Shown here: positions 35,334 to 45,568 of the stretch, piece after piece
Layout: each line of letters opens with the position of its first letter
Numbering within the stretch: the first letter of the stretch is position 1
Assembly: GCA_021371795.1 (NCBI GenBank)
Contig: JAJFVK010000006.1
Coordinates: 23,452-87,451 of the forward strand
Direction: 5' to 3'
Origin: Planctomycetaceae bacterium
GTDB taxonomy: Bacteria; Planctomycetota; Phycisphaerae; Sedimentisphaerales; UBA12454
DNA length: 64,000 bases
Notes under the pieces: model-generated
What the model was told of the DNA's origin: nothing
The model's database searches: none
Seen by the model: only the letters and a program-made list of their open reading frames with translations
Made by a program: the position numbers and the translations under genes

Positions 35334-36473
35334 ATGTTAATACGAAAACAAAACTTGTTTTTGATTGTCAGCTTCGTGTTAGCTTCATTAGTCATTGAAA
35401 TTTCTTATGCTCGTCCCAATGGCGGGGCATCCCAATCAGGCCGTTCAGGCAGTCCGCGAGATTCAGGTTCTTCTTCTCGCCAATCTTCTCGGCAGTCTGG
35501 AACGCATCAGCGTTCATCTGACAGACAACGAGCCGGAAATTCCGATTCACGTTCAGAAATCAGTCAGCCGTACGCTCCAACTACATTGCCGAATGGCGGC
35601 CGTGTTAATCGAAATGAAATATCGGAGTATGGCAATCGTCATACAAACAGAGATTATCGTTCCCGTGATTCACATATCTCACACAGCCAAAGACCTGGAT
35701 ATGCGAATGATTATCGCAGGCCGCGATACGATTGTGATGCTTACGGCAGATTTCACCATCGTTATTACAGACGTTATGACAATGTTCGTCGTTATGTTGA
35801 AGTTGTTTCATCTTCGGGATGTCGGGTTGTTTCTTCATATCCTCGCAGATACGTCTTTGTTAGTTTGAATGGTTATTGGCCGGGCTACAATCATTATCGT
35901 TATTACAATTACAGAACGTATCCATATTACTGGTCATCGTACCAGACCAGCAGTTATCAATATGAATCTTTTGCCGATGTTACATCGCCCGCGCAGGAGA
36001 ATTCCGCGGACAGATGTTTCGAGCAGGGCGTTAATTATTTTGCCATTGGCGATTACAGCAGGGCATCCGATTATTTCTTCCTCGCAAAATCTTATACACC
36101 GACGGATGACATTTTGCCGTTCGCGTATGTTCAGGCTTTGTTTGCCGCCGGTAATTATTTACCTGCCGCTCAAAATCTTCGCGCTGCGATTGAGCGTCAG
36201 CCTGCCGGCAGTCAGTGGGCGTTTTATCCTCGCGGCCTGTATAAAGATGATAATATTTTGATGATGCAGATTAATACGCTTATTAGTCAGGCATCTGTGA
36301 GCAGTGATTTTCAATTGCTTGCCGGCTATCAATTATTAGGAGTCCACAGATTTGATGAAGCTCTCGATTATTTAAATAGGGCTAAGTTTGCCGACAGCAG
36401 TAATCGGGTTGCAGTTGATAAACTGATATATATACTCAACAATATCAGAACAAGTTATCAAACAGTCCCATAA
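35334..36473 (+). CDS. Secreted protein with a Ser/Arg-rich and Tyr/Arg-rich low-complexity region and a TPR-like C-terminus
   Basis: Signal peptide. SGRSGSPRDSGSSSRQSSRQSG. YRRYDNVRRY / YNHYRYYNYRTYPYYW. Helical repeats at the C-terminus. Confidence 0.6.
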   Translation: MLIRKQNLFLIVSFVLASLVIEISYARPNGGASQSGRSGSPRDSGSSSRQSSRQSGTHQRSSDRQRAGNSDSRSEISQPYAPTTLPNGGRVNRNEISEYGNRHTNRDYRSRDSHISHSQRPGYANDYRRPRYDCDAYGRFHHRYYRRYDNVRRYVEVVSSSGCRVVSSYPRRYVFVSLNGYWPGYNHYRYYNYRTYPYYWSSYQTSSYQYESFADVTSPAQENSADRCFEQGVNYFAIGDYSRASDYFFLAKSYTPTDDILPFAYVQALFAAGNYLPAAQNLRAAIERQPAGSQWAFYPRGLYKDDNILMMQINTLISQASVSSDFQLLAGYQLLGVHRFDEALDYLNRAKFADSSNRVAVDKLIYILNNIRTSYQTVP

Positions 36474-36633
36474 GCAGCGATAAAATTTTCCTTTAAAAAA
36501 ATATTATCGGTACTTGTTTCGAGGTTTAAACACTCCGTTTATTGCCCAAATTACATTTTTAACCATAATTTGGGAATCAATTAAGGGTTATAAGCAAAAT
36601 GTCGATAATGGTTTCGGAAGGAACTATAAATAT

Positions 36634-39249
36634 ATGCAAAAGATACGTAATTTTACGGTATTGCCGGCGTTACCTGAGTCACTTTCAGCACTTAGGACAA
36701 TCGCCCACAATATGTATTGGTCGTGGAACTATGAATTTATCGAGTTGTTTAAGCAGATTGACCCTGAAAAATGGGAGCAATGCGGCCACAATCCGGTAAA
36801 GTTGCTGGGTTCCGTAAGTCAGAATCGTCTAAATGATTTGGCTACGATGCAGGGCTATATTTATCAGCTCAAGCAGGCGCAGGAAAAGCTGGAGCACTAT
36901 TTGGCTTCACCAGGTTGGTTCGACAAGGACTGGACTAACGGCAAAAAACCGGTCATTGCTTATTTTAGTTTTGAATTTGGCATACACGAATCATTGCCGA
37001 TTTATTCAGGCGGTCTTGGAATTCTTGCCGGCGACCATTTGAAAAGCGCTTCTGATTTAGGTCTGCCTCTGATTGGTGTAGGTCTGATGTATCAGAAAGG
37101 ATATTTCAGACAATACCTCAACGCTGACGGCTGGCAGCAGGAACGTTACGAAGACAATGATTTTTACAATATGTCCACACAGCTTGTACGCAAGAAGAGT
37201 GAAAATCCGATTACTATAAAACTCACGTTTCCGGCACGTCAGGTTGTTGCTCAGGTTTGGCAGGTAACTGTTGGCCGTGTTAATCTATTTTTGCTCGATA
37301 CCAACATACCCGCAAATTCTGAACGCGATAGACTCCTGACTTCTGCGTTGTATGCAGGCGATACGGAAATGAGAATCCAGCAGGAAATACTTCTCGGCAT
37401 TGGCGGATTCAGAGCGCTTTTGGCGATGGGGCTTGAGCCGACAGTTTGTCACATGAACGAAGGCCACGCCGCGTTTATGGCGCTCGAGAGAATCAGACAT
37501 CTTAGCACTACCAAGGATCTGAATTTCGACCAGGCTCTTGAAGCAACAAAGGGCTGCAATGTCTTTACAATTCACACACCGGTAAAAGCTGGCAATGACG
37601 AATTCAGTCCGGAACTGATGAACAAATATTTCAACGAATATTTCCCAAAGCTCGGCCTTGACAGATATAAATTTATGTCTCTGGGGCGACTTGACCCGAA
37701 TAAAGACAATGAATCGTTCAAGATGCCGGTACTTGCGCTTAAATTAAGCACTTGGCGTAACGGCGTTAGCAAGCTTCACGGCGGCGTTTCACGTTCGATG
37801 TGGGCTGAAATGTGGCCAAAACTGCCCGTTGAGGAAGTTCCGATTCAATCGATAACCAACGGCATACACGCCGGCAGTTTCATTTCTCCGGAGATGAATC
37901 AGTTGTATGAACGTTATCTTGGTTTCAACTGGTCAGAGGAAATCGCCGAAGAATCGCTTTGGCAGAACGTTAACCAGATACCGGACGAAGAGCTTTGGCG
38001 CATACATCAGCGAAGCAAAGAAGCGCTTGTAAGTTTCGTCCGCAAGCAGATAAAGAAGCAGATGCAGCGTCGCGGAACATATCACACCGAACTGGGCTGG
38101 GCAGAACAGGTTCTCGACCCCGAAGCATTGACGATTGGTTTCGCTCGCAGATTCGCAACATACAAACGCGGTAATCTGCTGCTCAAGGATGTTGAGCGGT
38201 TGGTAAAACTTTTGAATAAGACGGATAAGCCTGTTCAATTTATTTTCGCAGGCAAAGCTCATCCAAAAGATGAACAGGGCAAGGAAATCATTCGACAGCT
38301 TATTCATTTCTGTGCAAGAAATGAAGTCCGTCGCAGGCTTGTTTTCCTGGAAGATTATAATATTGATATCGCTCGCTATATGGTGCAGGGTGTTGATGTT
38401 TGGCTCAATAACCCGAGAGTTCCTCTCGAAGCCAGCGGCACAAGCGGTATGAAAGCCGCGCTGAATGGCGCGTTGAATTTGAGCACGCTCGATGGCTGGT
38501 GGGTTGAAGGCTACAATCTCAACACAGGCTGGGTCATCGGCGCAGGCGAAACTTATGACGATTATGAGTATCAGGACAAAGTTGAGTCCGAAGCGATATT
38601 CAATTTACTTGAGAACGAAGTCGTTCCGTTGTTCTACACGCATTCGACAGATAATCTGCCCCGCGCGTGGATACACAGAATGAAAAGCTCCATAAAATGG
38701 ATTGTTCCTCGTTTCAATACTCATCGTATGGTCGCCGAGTACACGAACAAATTTTACAAACCGGCAGCCGCTCGTTGGGAAAGCTTTATCAATTCCAATA
38801 TGGAAAAGGTAAAAGCTGCTGCGATACTCAAGGGCCGTCTGCAGAGCGAATGGAACAATATCAGAATTGAAGATGTTGACACGCTTGTGAAGACAGGCAA
38901 GACTACTGCTGCTCTCAACGGCGACGATGTGCATCTTGAGGTCGGTTCAGAGTTGCAGGTTACAGCGGTTGTTGCTCTTGGTAAACTGTCGCCCGAAGAC
39001 GTCAGCGTTCAGGTTTATCATGGCGTTGTCGATGCCTGGGGCAATATTAATCGCGGCAGCGTAAGACAGATGGCGTACACTGCAAAGCATAACAAAGAGA
39101 ATTGCTATACGTTTACAGGTACTATCAAATGTGCACGCAGCGGAAAGTGCGGTTTTGCCGTAAGAGTTCTGCCGGAGCACAAGGATTTGGCCGATTTGTA
39201 CGAACCGGGAATGATTGTTTGGGAATCTTCCAGTGCTAACGGCGTATAG
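36634..39249 (+). CDS. glgP: Alpha-glucan (glycogen/maltodextrin) phosphorylase, GT35, DUF3417-type N-terminus
   Basis: NMYWSWN N-terminal motif. GGLGILAGDHLKSASDLG. PLP-lysine motif EASGTSGMKAALNG. The ATG at 36634 is preferred over the TTG at 36514. Confidence 0.9.
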   Translation: MQKIRNFTVLPALPESLSALRTIAHNMYWSWNYEFIELFKQIDPEKWEQCGHNPVKLLGSVSQNRLNDLATMQGYIYQLKQAQEKLEHYLASPGWFDKDWTNGKKPVIAYFSFEFGIHESLPIYSGGLGILAGDHLKSASDLGLPLIGVGLMYQKGYFRQYLNADGWQQERYEDNDFYNMSTQLVRKKSENPITIKLTFPARQVVAQVWQVTVGRVNLFLLDTNIPANSERDRLLTSALYAGDTEMRIQQEILLGIGGFRALLAMGLEPTVCHMNEGHAAFMALERIRHLSTTKDLNFDQALEATKGCNVFTIHTPVKAGNDEFSPELMNKYFNEYFPKLGLDRYKFMSLGRLDPNKDNESFKMPVLALKLSTWRNGVSKLHGGVSRSMWAEMWPKLPVEEVPIQSITNGIHAGSFISPEMNQLYERYLGFNWSEEIAEESLWQNVNQIPDEELWRIHQRSKEALVSFVRKQIKKQMQRRGTYHTELGWAEQVLDPEALTIGFARRFATYKRGNLLLKDVERLVKLLNKTDKPVQFIFAGKAHPKDEQGKEIIRQLIHFCARNEVRRRLVFLEDYNIDIARYMVQGVDVWLNNPRVPLEASGTSGMKAALNGALNLSTLDGWWVEGYNLNTGWVIGAGETYDDYEYQDKVESEAIFNLLENEVVPLFYTHSTDNLPRAWIHRMKSSIKWIVPRFNTHRMVAEYTNKFYKPAAARWESFINSNMEKVKAAAILKGRLQSEWNNIRIEDVDTLVKTGKTTAALNGDDVHLEVGSELQVTAVVALGKLSPEDVSVQVYHGVVDAWGNINRGSVRQMAYTAKHNKENCYTFTGTIKCARSGKCGFAVRVLPEHKDLADLYEPGMIVWESSSANGV

Positions 39250-39270
39250 AAATAAAGTTTGAGATTTTTC

Positions 39271-39307
39271 AAAATCCCGCGACCTGAAAACCGCGGGATT
39301 TTTTTAT
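39271..39307 (+). terminator. Rho-independent terminator after glgP
   Basis: AAATCCCGCG-acctgaaaac-CGCGGGATTT followed by a T-run. Confidence 0.8.
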
Positions 39308-39365
39308 TTGAATTGTCGCGGCAAGAGTAATATAATCACGTGTTTCATTTATTTCGGAGAAAAAT

Positions 39366-40325
39366 ATGTTAATAGATATGCCGTTTGCGGAATTGAAGAA
39401 GTACCAGGGACGCAATCCGCGTCCTGCTGATTTTGATAAATATTGGGACACAGCGCTAAAGGAGATGAATGCCGTTGACCCGAAAGTCGAACTTGTCAAA
39501 AGCGATTTCCAGGTTCCTTACGCCGAGTGTTTCGATTTATGGTTCACAGGTGTTGACAATGCGCGTATCCACGCAAAGTATCTTCGCCCAAAAAATAATC
39601 CGCAAAAGCATCCGGCGGTAATTAAATTCCACGGTTATAGCTGTAGTGCCGGCGACTGGTCGGAAAAACTGGAATATGTTGCGCTTGGATATTCTGTCGC
39701 GGCTCTTGATTGCCGTGGGCAGGGCGGTTTATCAGAAGACACCGGCGGCGTTAAAGGCAACACGTTGAAAGGCCAGATTATTCGCGGCCTTGATGATGCA
39801 GACCCGCACAAATTGCTTTTCCGAAATATATATTTGGACACTGCACAACTGACAAAAATCGTTATGAATATGCCGGAGGTTGACGCTGACCGTGTTGGCG
39901 TAACGGGTGGTTCGCAGGGCGGCGGGCTTTCGCTTGCATGTGCCTCGCTTGAGCCGAGAGTTAAGCTCGTTGTAAGTCAGTTTCCGTTTTTGAGTGATTA
40001 TAAACGCGTTTGGGAAATGGATTTGGCTAAAGATGCGTATGATGAACTGAAGATGTATTTTCGTATGTTTGACCCGCAGCACAAAAAAGAGAACGAAATT
40101 TTCATAAAATTGGGGTACATTGATATTCAGTATTTAGCGCCGCGAATCAGAGCGAAGGTGCGAATGGTTACAGGGATGATGGATACGGTATGTCCGCCGT
40201 CGAGCCAGTTCGCAGCGTACAATAAAATAACCTCGAAGAAGGAAGTTTTAATTTATCCTGATTATGGCCACGAGGGTTTCCCTGGTTTCGCGGATGATAC
40301 GATGCAGTTTATGATGGAACTGTGA
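39366..40325 (+). CDS. Acetyl xylan esterase / cephalosporin-C deacetylase family (CE7)
   Basis: N-terminus FDKYWD; GGSQGGGLS nucleophile elbow; C-terminal YPDYGHE. Confidence 0.85.
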   Translation: MLIDMPFAELKKYQGRNPRPADFDKYWDTALKEMNAVDPKVELVKSDFQVPYAECFDLWFTGVDNARIHAKYLRPKNNPQKHPAVIKFHGYSCSAGDWSEKLEYVALGYSVAALDCRGQGGLSEDTGGVKGNTLKGQIIRGLDDADPHKLLFRNIYLDTAQLTKIVMNMPEVDADRVGVTGGSQGGGLSLACASLEPRVKLVVSQFPFLSDYKRVWEMDLAKDAYDELKMYFRMFDPQHKKENEIFIKLGYIDIQYLAPRIRAKVRMVTGMMDTVCPPSSQFAAYNKITSKKEVLIYPDYGHEGFPGFADDTMQFMMEL

Positions 40326-41333
40326 TCAGGCTTGTTTCTCTTTTTGTTCCTGCACGAGTTTGAAAAGCATCTCGCGAAGTTCTTTGATGCCTTTGCCGGT
40401 CGCTGCGGAGATAGCGACAGTTTTCTTGCGGAGTTTTTTCTTAAGGCGTTTCTGAATTTCGCCGTCAGGGTCTAAATCAATTTTATTTAGAACGATGAGT
40501 TCTTTCTTTTTGCCAAGCTCTTTGCTGTATGCAGTCAGTTCTTTTTTGATTGTTTTATAATTATCAACCGGGTCGGTTCCGTCCATCGGCATTATATCGA
40601 TGATATGAACGATAATACGTGTTCTTTCAATATGTCGTAAAAAGTCGGTGCCCAAACCTGCGCCGGTGTGTGCGCCTTCAATAAGCCCCGGCAAATCAGC
40701 CATAACAAACCGCCTGTAACCGGTCAATTCCACGATTCCCAATACCGGCTTGAGCGTGGTAAACGGATAATCCGCAATCTTCGGCCTTGCCTTGGAGCAG
40801 TGCGAAAGCAGTGTGCTCTTGCCCGCGTTCGGAAGCCCTACAAGTCCGACATCAGCGATGAGTTTCAATACAAGTTTAAGATTTCGTTCTTTGCCTTCCT
40901 GGCCCTTTTGAGCGAATTTAGGAGCCTGTCTGGTCGCCGTTGCGTAATGCTGATTGCCGTTTCCGCCTCGTCCGCCCCGGCATATTTTTACTTGCTGCCC
41001 CGGCTGATTTAAGTCCTGCAAAAGCAAATCGTCCAAATCCATATCGTAAATTTGCGTACCGACCGGAACTCTTAAAATCAAATCTTCGCCTTTAAGACCG
41101 CTGCAATTCGACCCTTCGCCGGGCATACCGTTCTGCGCATCCCATATTGGTCTGCCGGAAAAATCCAAAAGCGTATCGACATCTTCAGCGGCAAGAAAAT
41201 ACACATCGCCGCCTTTACCGCCGTCGCCGCCGTTAGGGCCGCCTTTTGGGATGTACTTTTCACGCCGGAAACTTACGCATCCGTCGCCGCCGTCGCCGGC
41301 CTTTACTTTTATTTTTGCTTCATCTATAAACAT
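40326..41333 (-). CDS. obg: GTPase Obg/CgtA
   Basis: MFIDEAKIKVKAGDGGDGCVSFRREKYIPKGGPNGGDGG. G1 motif GLPNAGKST. DLPGLIEGA. The ATG at 41333 is preferred over the 41492 extension. Confidence 0.95.
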   Translation of the reverse strand: MFIDEAKIKVKAGDGGDGCVSFRREKYIPKGGPNGGDGGKGGDVYFLAAEDVDTLLDFSGRPIWDAQNGMPGEGSNCSGLKGEDLILRVPVGTQIYDMDLDDLLLQDLNQPGQQVKICRGGRGGNGNQHYATATRQAPKFAQKGQEGKERNLKLVLKLIADVGLVGLPNAGKSTLLSHCSKARPKIADYPFTTLKPVLGIVELTGYRRFVMADLPGLIEGAHTGAGLGTDFLRHIERTRIIVHIIDIMPMDGTDPVDNYKTIKKELTAYSKELGKKKELIVLNKIDLDPDGEIQKRLKKKLRKKTVAISAATGKGIKELREMLFKLVQEQKEKQA

Positions 41334-41513
41334 ATTTGATTTATCGGATAATTTGTTTAGCCCTGCCAACATTTTGGCAGGGTTCAGAGCCCGAAGCGTT
41401 GTAGCCGCAGCGGAAACCCATAAGCGAAGCGGGGTTAGCGACGGGTAATAATTATATAAAAAAAGGATGGCATAATCAGCCATCCTTATCAAATTTTTAT
41501 TTCAATGAAAATA

Positions 41514-41750
41514 CTAAATTTCGATATGTACTTTTCTGCCCTTAAACGTTACCGTACCGGCCTTTAATGCGAACAGAGTGAAATCCCTGCCCATACCGAC
41601 GTTGTAACCGGGTTGAAAGAGAGTACCCTTCTGACGAATAATAATAGCGCCAGCCTTAGCGACTTCGCCGCCGTAGAGCTTAACGCCTCTAAATTTCGGA
41701 TTGCTATCACGTCCGTTGCTTGTAGAGCCTTGTCCTTTTTTATGTGCCAT
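41514..41750 (-). CDS. rpmA: 50S ribosomal protein L27
   Basis: [29 protein letters not shown]... Confidence 0.95.
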   Translation of the reverse strand: MAHKKGQGSTSNGRDSNPKFRGVKLYGGEVAKAGAIIIRQKGTLFQPGYNVGMGRDFTLFALKAGTVTFKGRKVHIEI

Positions 41751-42036
41751 GTAACTACCTTTTAATAAACAAGTTATAATTATTGCAAAGTTAAGAATAC
41801 AACCTTATATCAAATTTACCGTCGGTTGTCCAGTGAAAATATGGCAGTTGTAAATAAATTACATCAAATACGACAAGTCGTATCCTGTTTAGATGCGAAT
41901 ATCTTCTCAATTATATTAACATTCCTTCAGCCCCCCGGTCCTTGCGGGGACTCGAAAAGAAAAAACAGAGGGGGCAAGTTAGTTACAAGCCGCGCAGGTT
42001 TTTAAAAATGTGCGCACGGTAATTCTTGCGCGAAAA

Positions 42037-43307
42037 TTAATTTGTAATTTTTTTTGCGGTAACTAAATCGTCGTTGATAACGCACTCGACGATTTCGCCT
42101 TTCGGCAGGTTGTCTTCGGTCTTGACGGTGATTTCGTAATATCGTTCGCACTTGCCGGTATTTTTCACTTCATTTTCGATAAGAACCTGCGCGGTTTGGC
42201 CAACGAACTGTTGTCTGAACTCCTCGGCCAGTTTTTTTCCAGTTCGCGGAGAAGTTTGGTTCTTTGGGTAATTGTTCCCTTGTCGATATGGTCGTGCAGT
42301 TGAGCGGCGGCGGTTCCGGTACGTTTGCTGAACGGGAAAATATGAATTTTTGAAAAGCCCGACAACTTAGCGACCGAAAGACTTTGCGCAAAATCCTGAT
42401 TAGTTTCGCCGGGAAAGCCAACGATTATATCGGTTGTAATAGCGGGGCGGTCTAATTGTAAGTTTATATTTTCTATGGAGTTAAGAAAATCCTTGATGGT
42501 ATATTGCCGATTCATCTTTTTGAGGATTTTGTCGGAGCCGGATTGTAGCGACAGGTGCAGATGCGGCATAATATTAGTATGATTTTTCATTACTTCGAGC
42601 AGTTGCCCCGTTACATCAGCCGGCTCGAGCGAGCTTAGCCTGATTCTTTTAAGGTTTGGAATTTGAGCGACCTGCTCCAAAAGTTCGGCCAGAAGTGGAT
42701 TTTCATTATTTGGCCACTTTTTTCGTTTTACGGTATCCAGGCCGTAAGCGCCGAGGAATATTCCGGTAAGGATTATTTCTTTATGTCCTGCATTTACAAG
42801 GTTTTGCGATTCATTTAAGACCTGTTCGACGGGTTTGAATGAGATGTTAGGTCTGGTATGCGGAATGATGCAGTAGGAGCAGAAGCCATCGCAACCGTCC
42901 TGTACTTTCAGGAACGCGCGAGTCTGACCGGAAAATTCTTTTAAATATATGTCTTTATTAGGTTTAGAGAGATTGAATTCTTTTTCAAAAAGGCTAAAAA
43001 GTTCATCGAGATTGGATGCGAGGAGGGTATTTTCGCCCAAATTTTCAAATTCTTTTGGGTCGCTTTTGACAAGGCAGCCGGAGACGATGATTTTAGCGTT
43101 TGGATTGAGTTTTTGGGCTTTGTGGACAAACTGGCGGCTTTTTGCCGATGCTGTATGAGTAACGCTGCATGTATGGATGATAATTAGTTCAGCCGATTCG
43201 AAGTTTTGTACGTATAACAGATTACGTTCAGTCAGGAACTGAATAATTTGTTGGGACTCGTATTGATTTACTTTACAACCGAGAGTATTTATGGCAAAAG
43301 TTTGCAT
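42037..43307 (-). CDS. mtaB: MtaB-like tRNA methylthiotransferase, reading frame broken at an A7 run (42232-42238). The TRAM domain continues in the -1 frame.
   Basis: MTTase cysteines (TLGCKVN, HTCSVT, SGCLV). Radical SAM motif CDGFCSYC. The listed ORF ends at 42165. My translation of the -1 frame from 42231 to 42037 gives LAEEFRQQFVGQTAQVLIENEVKNTGKCERYYEITVKTEDNLPKGEIVECVINDDLVTAKKITN, a typical TRAM domain. Confidence 0.8.
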
Positions 43308-43389
43308 ATTTTAACTAATCTGTTATAATTAACTATCTTTATAAATATATAGCTTTATTTTTTTTAAAACGCAATTATTGGGATAAAAA

Positions 43390-45552
43390 ATGGCTACAGG
43401 CGCTCGTTCCGTATGGGCAATCGACATCGGCAGTTGTTCACTGAAGGCTCTTCGTCTTCAGTCGGCAGGCGACCGTATAGAAGTTACCGGCCTCGATTAT
43501 ATCGAGCACCCAAAAATTCTTAGTGTCGAGGGTACCAACGAAGAAGAAAAAAATCAAATAATTCGCGCAAGTCTTGCAACATTTGTTGGTAGAAACACTC
43601 TCGGCAAAGACGACGTTGCCGTTTCCGTCCCCGGCCAAACAAGTTTCGCAAGATTTATAAAACTTCCGCCGGTTGACCCGAAAAAAATTCCTGAAATTAT
43701 AAAATTTGAATCTGTTCAGCAGATTCCGTTCGACATCAACGAAGTCGAATGGGACTGGCAGATTATGCCAAAGCCTGACAGTCCAGAAGTTGAAGTCGGT
43801 ATCTTCGCAATCAAAAATGAACTTATCAGCAGATACCTCGATAATTTTTCCGCGGAAAATTTGAAAGTCGCGATTGTGCAAATGTCGCCAATGGCGTTAT
43901 ATAATTACGCACAGTTTGACAGAAGCGACCTTGACGATGCGGACAAAAAAGCCGTTGTGCTTTTGGAAATGGGTTCGGCTGATACCAACCTTGTCATTTG
44001 CACAAAGTTGTCAGTTTGGCAACGCTGCATTCCTCTTGGCGGAAATAATTTTACAAAAGCTATCGCGGAAGCGTTCAAACTCGATTTCGACAAAGCGGAA
44101 AAATTAAAACGCGGCGCACCGGTCAGCAAATACGCAAGACAGATTTTCCACGCGATGAAACCTGTCTTTTCGGATTTAGCTGCGGAAATTCAGCGTTCTT
44201 TGGGCTATTTCAGCGGCAGCCACAGAGGTACATCTTATACAAAACTTATATGTCTCGGCGGCGGTTTTAAGTTGCAGGGGCTGGCGAAGTATATTCAGCA
44301 GTCAACGCAATTAGCTACCGTTCGGCCGGATTCTTTTGAAAAACTTGTGCCATCAGCGTCAGTTTCAAACGCCAAAATGCACGATAACATTTGCGACCTG
44401 GCGATAACTTATGGTCTGGGTCTTCAGTCTTTGGGAGTTGCGAAAGTCAACAGCAACCTGCTGCCGAAGGGCATCGCCCGGCGAATGATGTGGGTAAGAA
44501 AGAGTAAGTTTTTTATCATTGCTGCGTCAATAATTCTCATCGCATCTTTGGTCGGCTTGCTGAAAGCAAACATTGACCTCAAGAGAATTACATCCGGCAT
44601 TTTTTACAGCAAAATAGAAGCGGCTCGAGCGGTTCTTGAAGAAGCAAGAGCCGTAAAAAGCCAATTAGATGAGCAGGCTTCGCGAGATACGCAATATAAA
44701 GAGCAAATCGCCAAGCAAATGGATGTGTTTAAATACCGCGATGTGCTGCCACTGCTTCATCAGACAATATTAAAATGTGTTCCTGAAGAAAAAGACTTGT
44801 ATGACGCTTACGCACAGGGCGATGTCGAAAAGATAAAACTTGTGCCGAGAAAAGAACGCAAACTTATTTTTGTAACAAGTCTTAACATAAACTATTATGA
44901 CAGTGTTGCCGGCGCTTCGCTTGAAACAGGCAGAAGCAGCAATATGAGGATGTTTGAACAGCAGAACACGGGCGGCGGCGAAGTGGTCGAAGGACAGCAG
45001 GCGGATGGCAAAGGTTTTGTCGTAGTCATCGAAGGCTATACTCCTTATGAAAGAATAGGCGAATTACTCGACCCGGCCGGTGTTTACAACACTCCTGAAA
45101 AATGGGGTATTGTAACAAGAATGATGAATTTGAATCGATTCTTCGACAGCAACAGTCCTTTTGAATTATTTAATAAAGGTAAAATCGAACACTTCCGAAT
45201 CGAACAGGGCGTAATTGACGTTTCAGCTATCGACAATAGCAGCAGAATGCCCGCGGGAATCGGCGTTCTGGAAGCAAAGACAAGAGCAACTGCTGAAGAA
45301 CAGGCCGGTACAGCGCCTGCCACAAGAGGCGGCAGAGGAGATTCCGGCGACAGTGTTGCTACCGAAATGGTTCTCGTTGACCCGCTCACAAGAGAAGAGA
45401 TGAGCAGGACGTTCGATCTTGACAGCAACGGCAGAAAAAAAATCGATAATTTCGGACAGCCTCTTTATATCGAAAGAGATAGATGGTTTAGAATCAAAGC
45501 TAAGTTTCTCTGGAAAGACCCCGCGGCTCAAAATCAGTCTACGGGTATGTAA
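43390..45552 (+). CDS. PilM-like actin-fold protein fused to a PilN-like TM segment and a large extracytoplasmic domain
   Basis: SVWAIDIGSCSLKALRL and downstream PilM-like blocks (VVLLEMGSADTNL, LCLGGGFKLQGL). TM helix FFIIAASIILIASLVGLL. The roughly 330-aa C-terminal region belongs to no family I recognise. Confidence 0.7.
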   Translation: MATGARSVWAIDIGSCSLKALRLQSAGDRIEVTGLDYIEHPKILSVEGTNEEEKNQIIRASLATFVGRNTLGKDDVAVSVPGQTSFARFIKLPPVDPKKIPEIIKFESVQQIPFDINEVEWDWQIMPKPDSPEVEVGIFAIKNELISRYLDNFSAENLKVAIVQMSPMALYNYAQFDRSDLDDADKKAVVLLEMGSADTNLVICTKLSVWQRCIPLGGNNFTKAIAEAFKLDFDKAEKLKRGAPVSKYARQIFHAMKPVFSDLAAEIQRSLGYFSGSHRGTSYTKLICLGGGFKLQGLAKYIQQSTQLATVRPDSFEKLVPSASVSNAKMHDNICDLAITYGLGLQSLGVAKVNSNLLPKGIARRMMWVRKSKFFIIAASIILIASLVGLLKANIDLKRITSGIFYSKIEAARAVLEEARAVKSQLDEQASRDTQYKEQIAKQMDVFKYRDVLPLLHQTILKCVPEEKDLYDAYAQGDVEKIKLVPRKERKLIFVTSLNINYYDSVAGASLETGRSSNMRMFEQQNTGGGEVVEGQQADGKGFVVVIEGYTPYERIGELLDPAGVYNTPEKWGIVTRMMNLNRFFDSNSPFELFNKGKIEHFRIEQGVIDVSAIDNSSRMPAGIGVLEAKTRATAEEQAGTAPATRGGRGDSGDSVATEMVLVDPLTREEMSRTFDLDSNGRKKIDNFGQPLYIERDRWFRIKAKFLWKDPAAQNQSTGM

Positions 45553-45568
45553 CCTCTGAAAGATATTT

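Noticed and set aside
41751-42036. No rplU (L21) upstream of rpmA, although rplU-rpmA-obg is the common arrangement
   Set aside because: The 286-bp gap has no ORF or recognisable L21 remnant in any frame I translated. rplU is probably elsewhere in the genome. This is unusual but not evidence of anything by itself.
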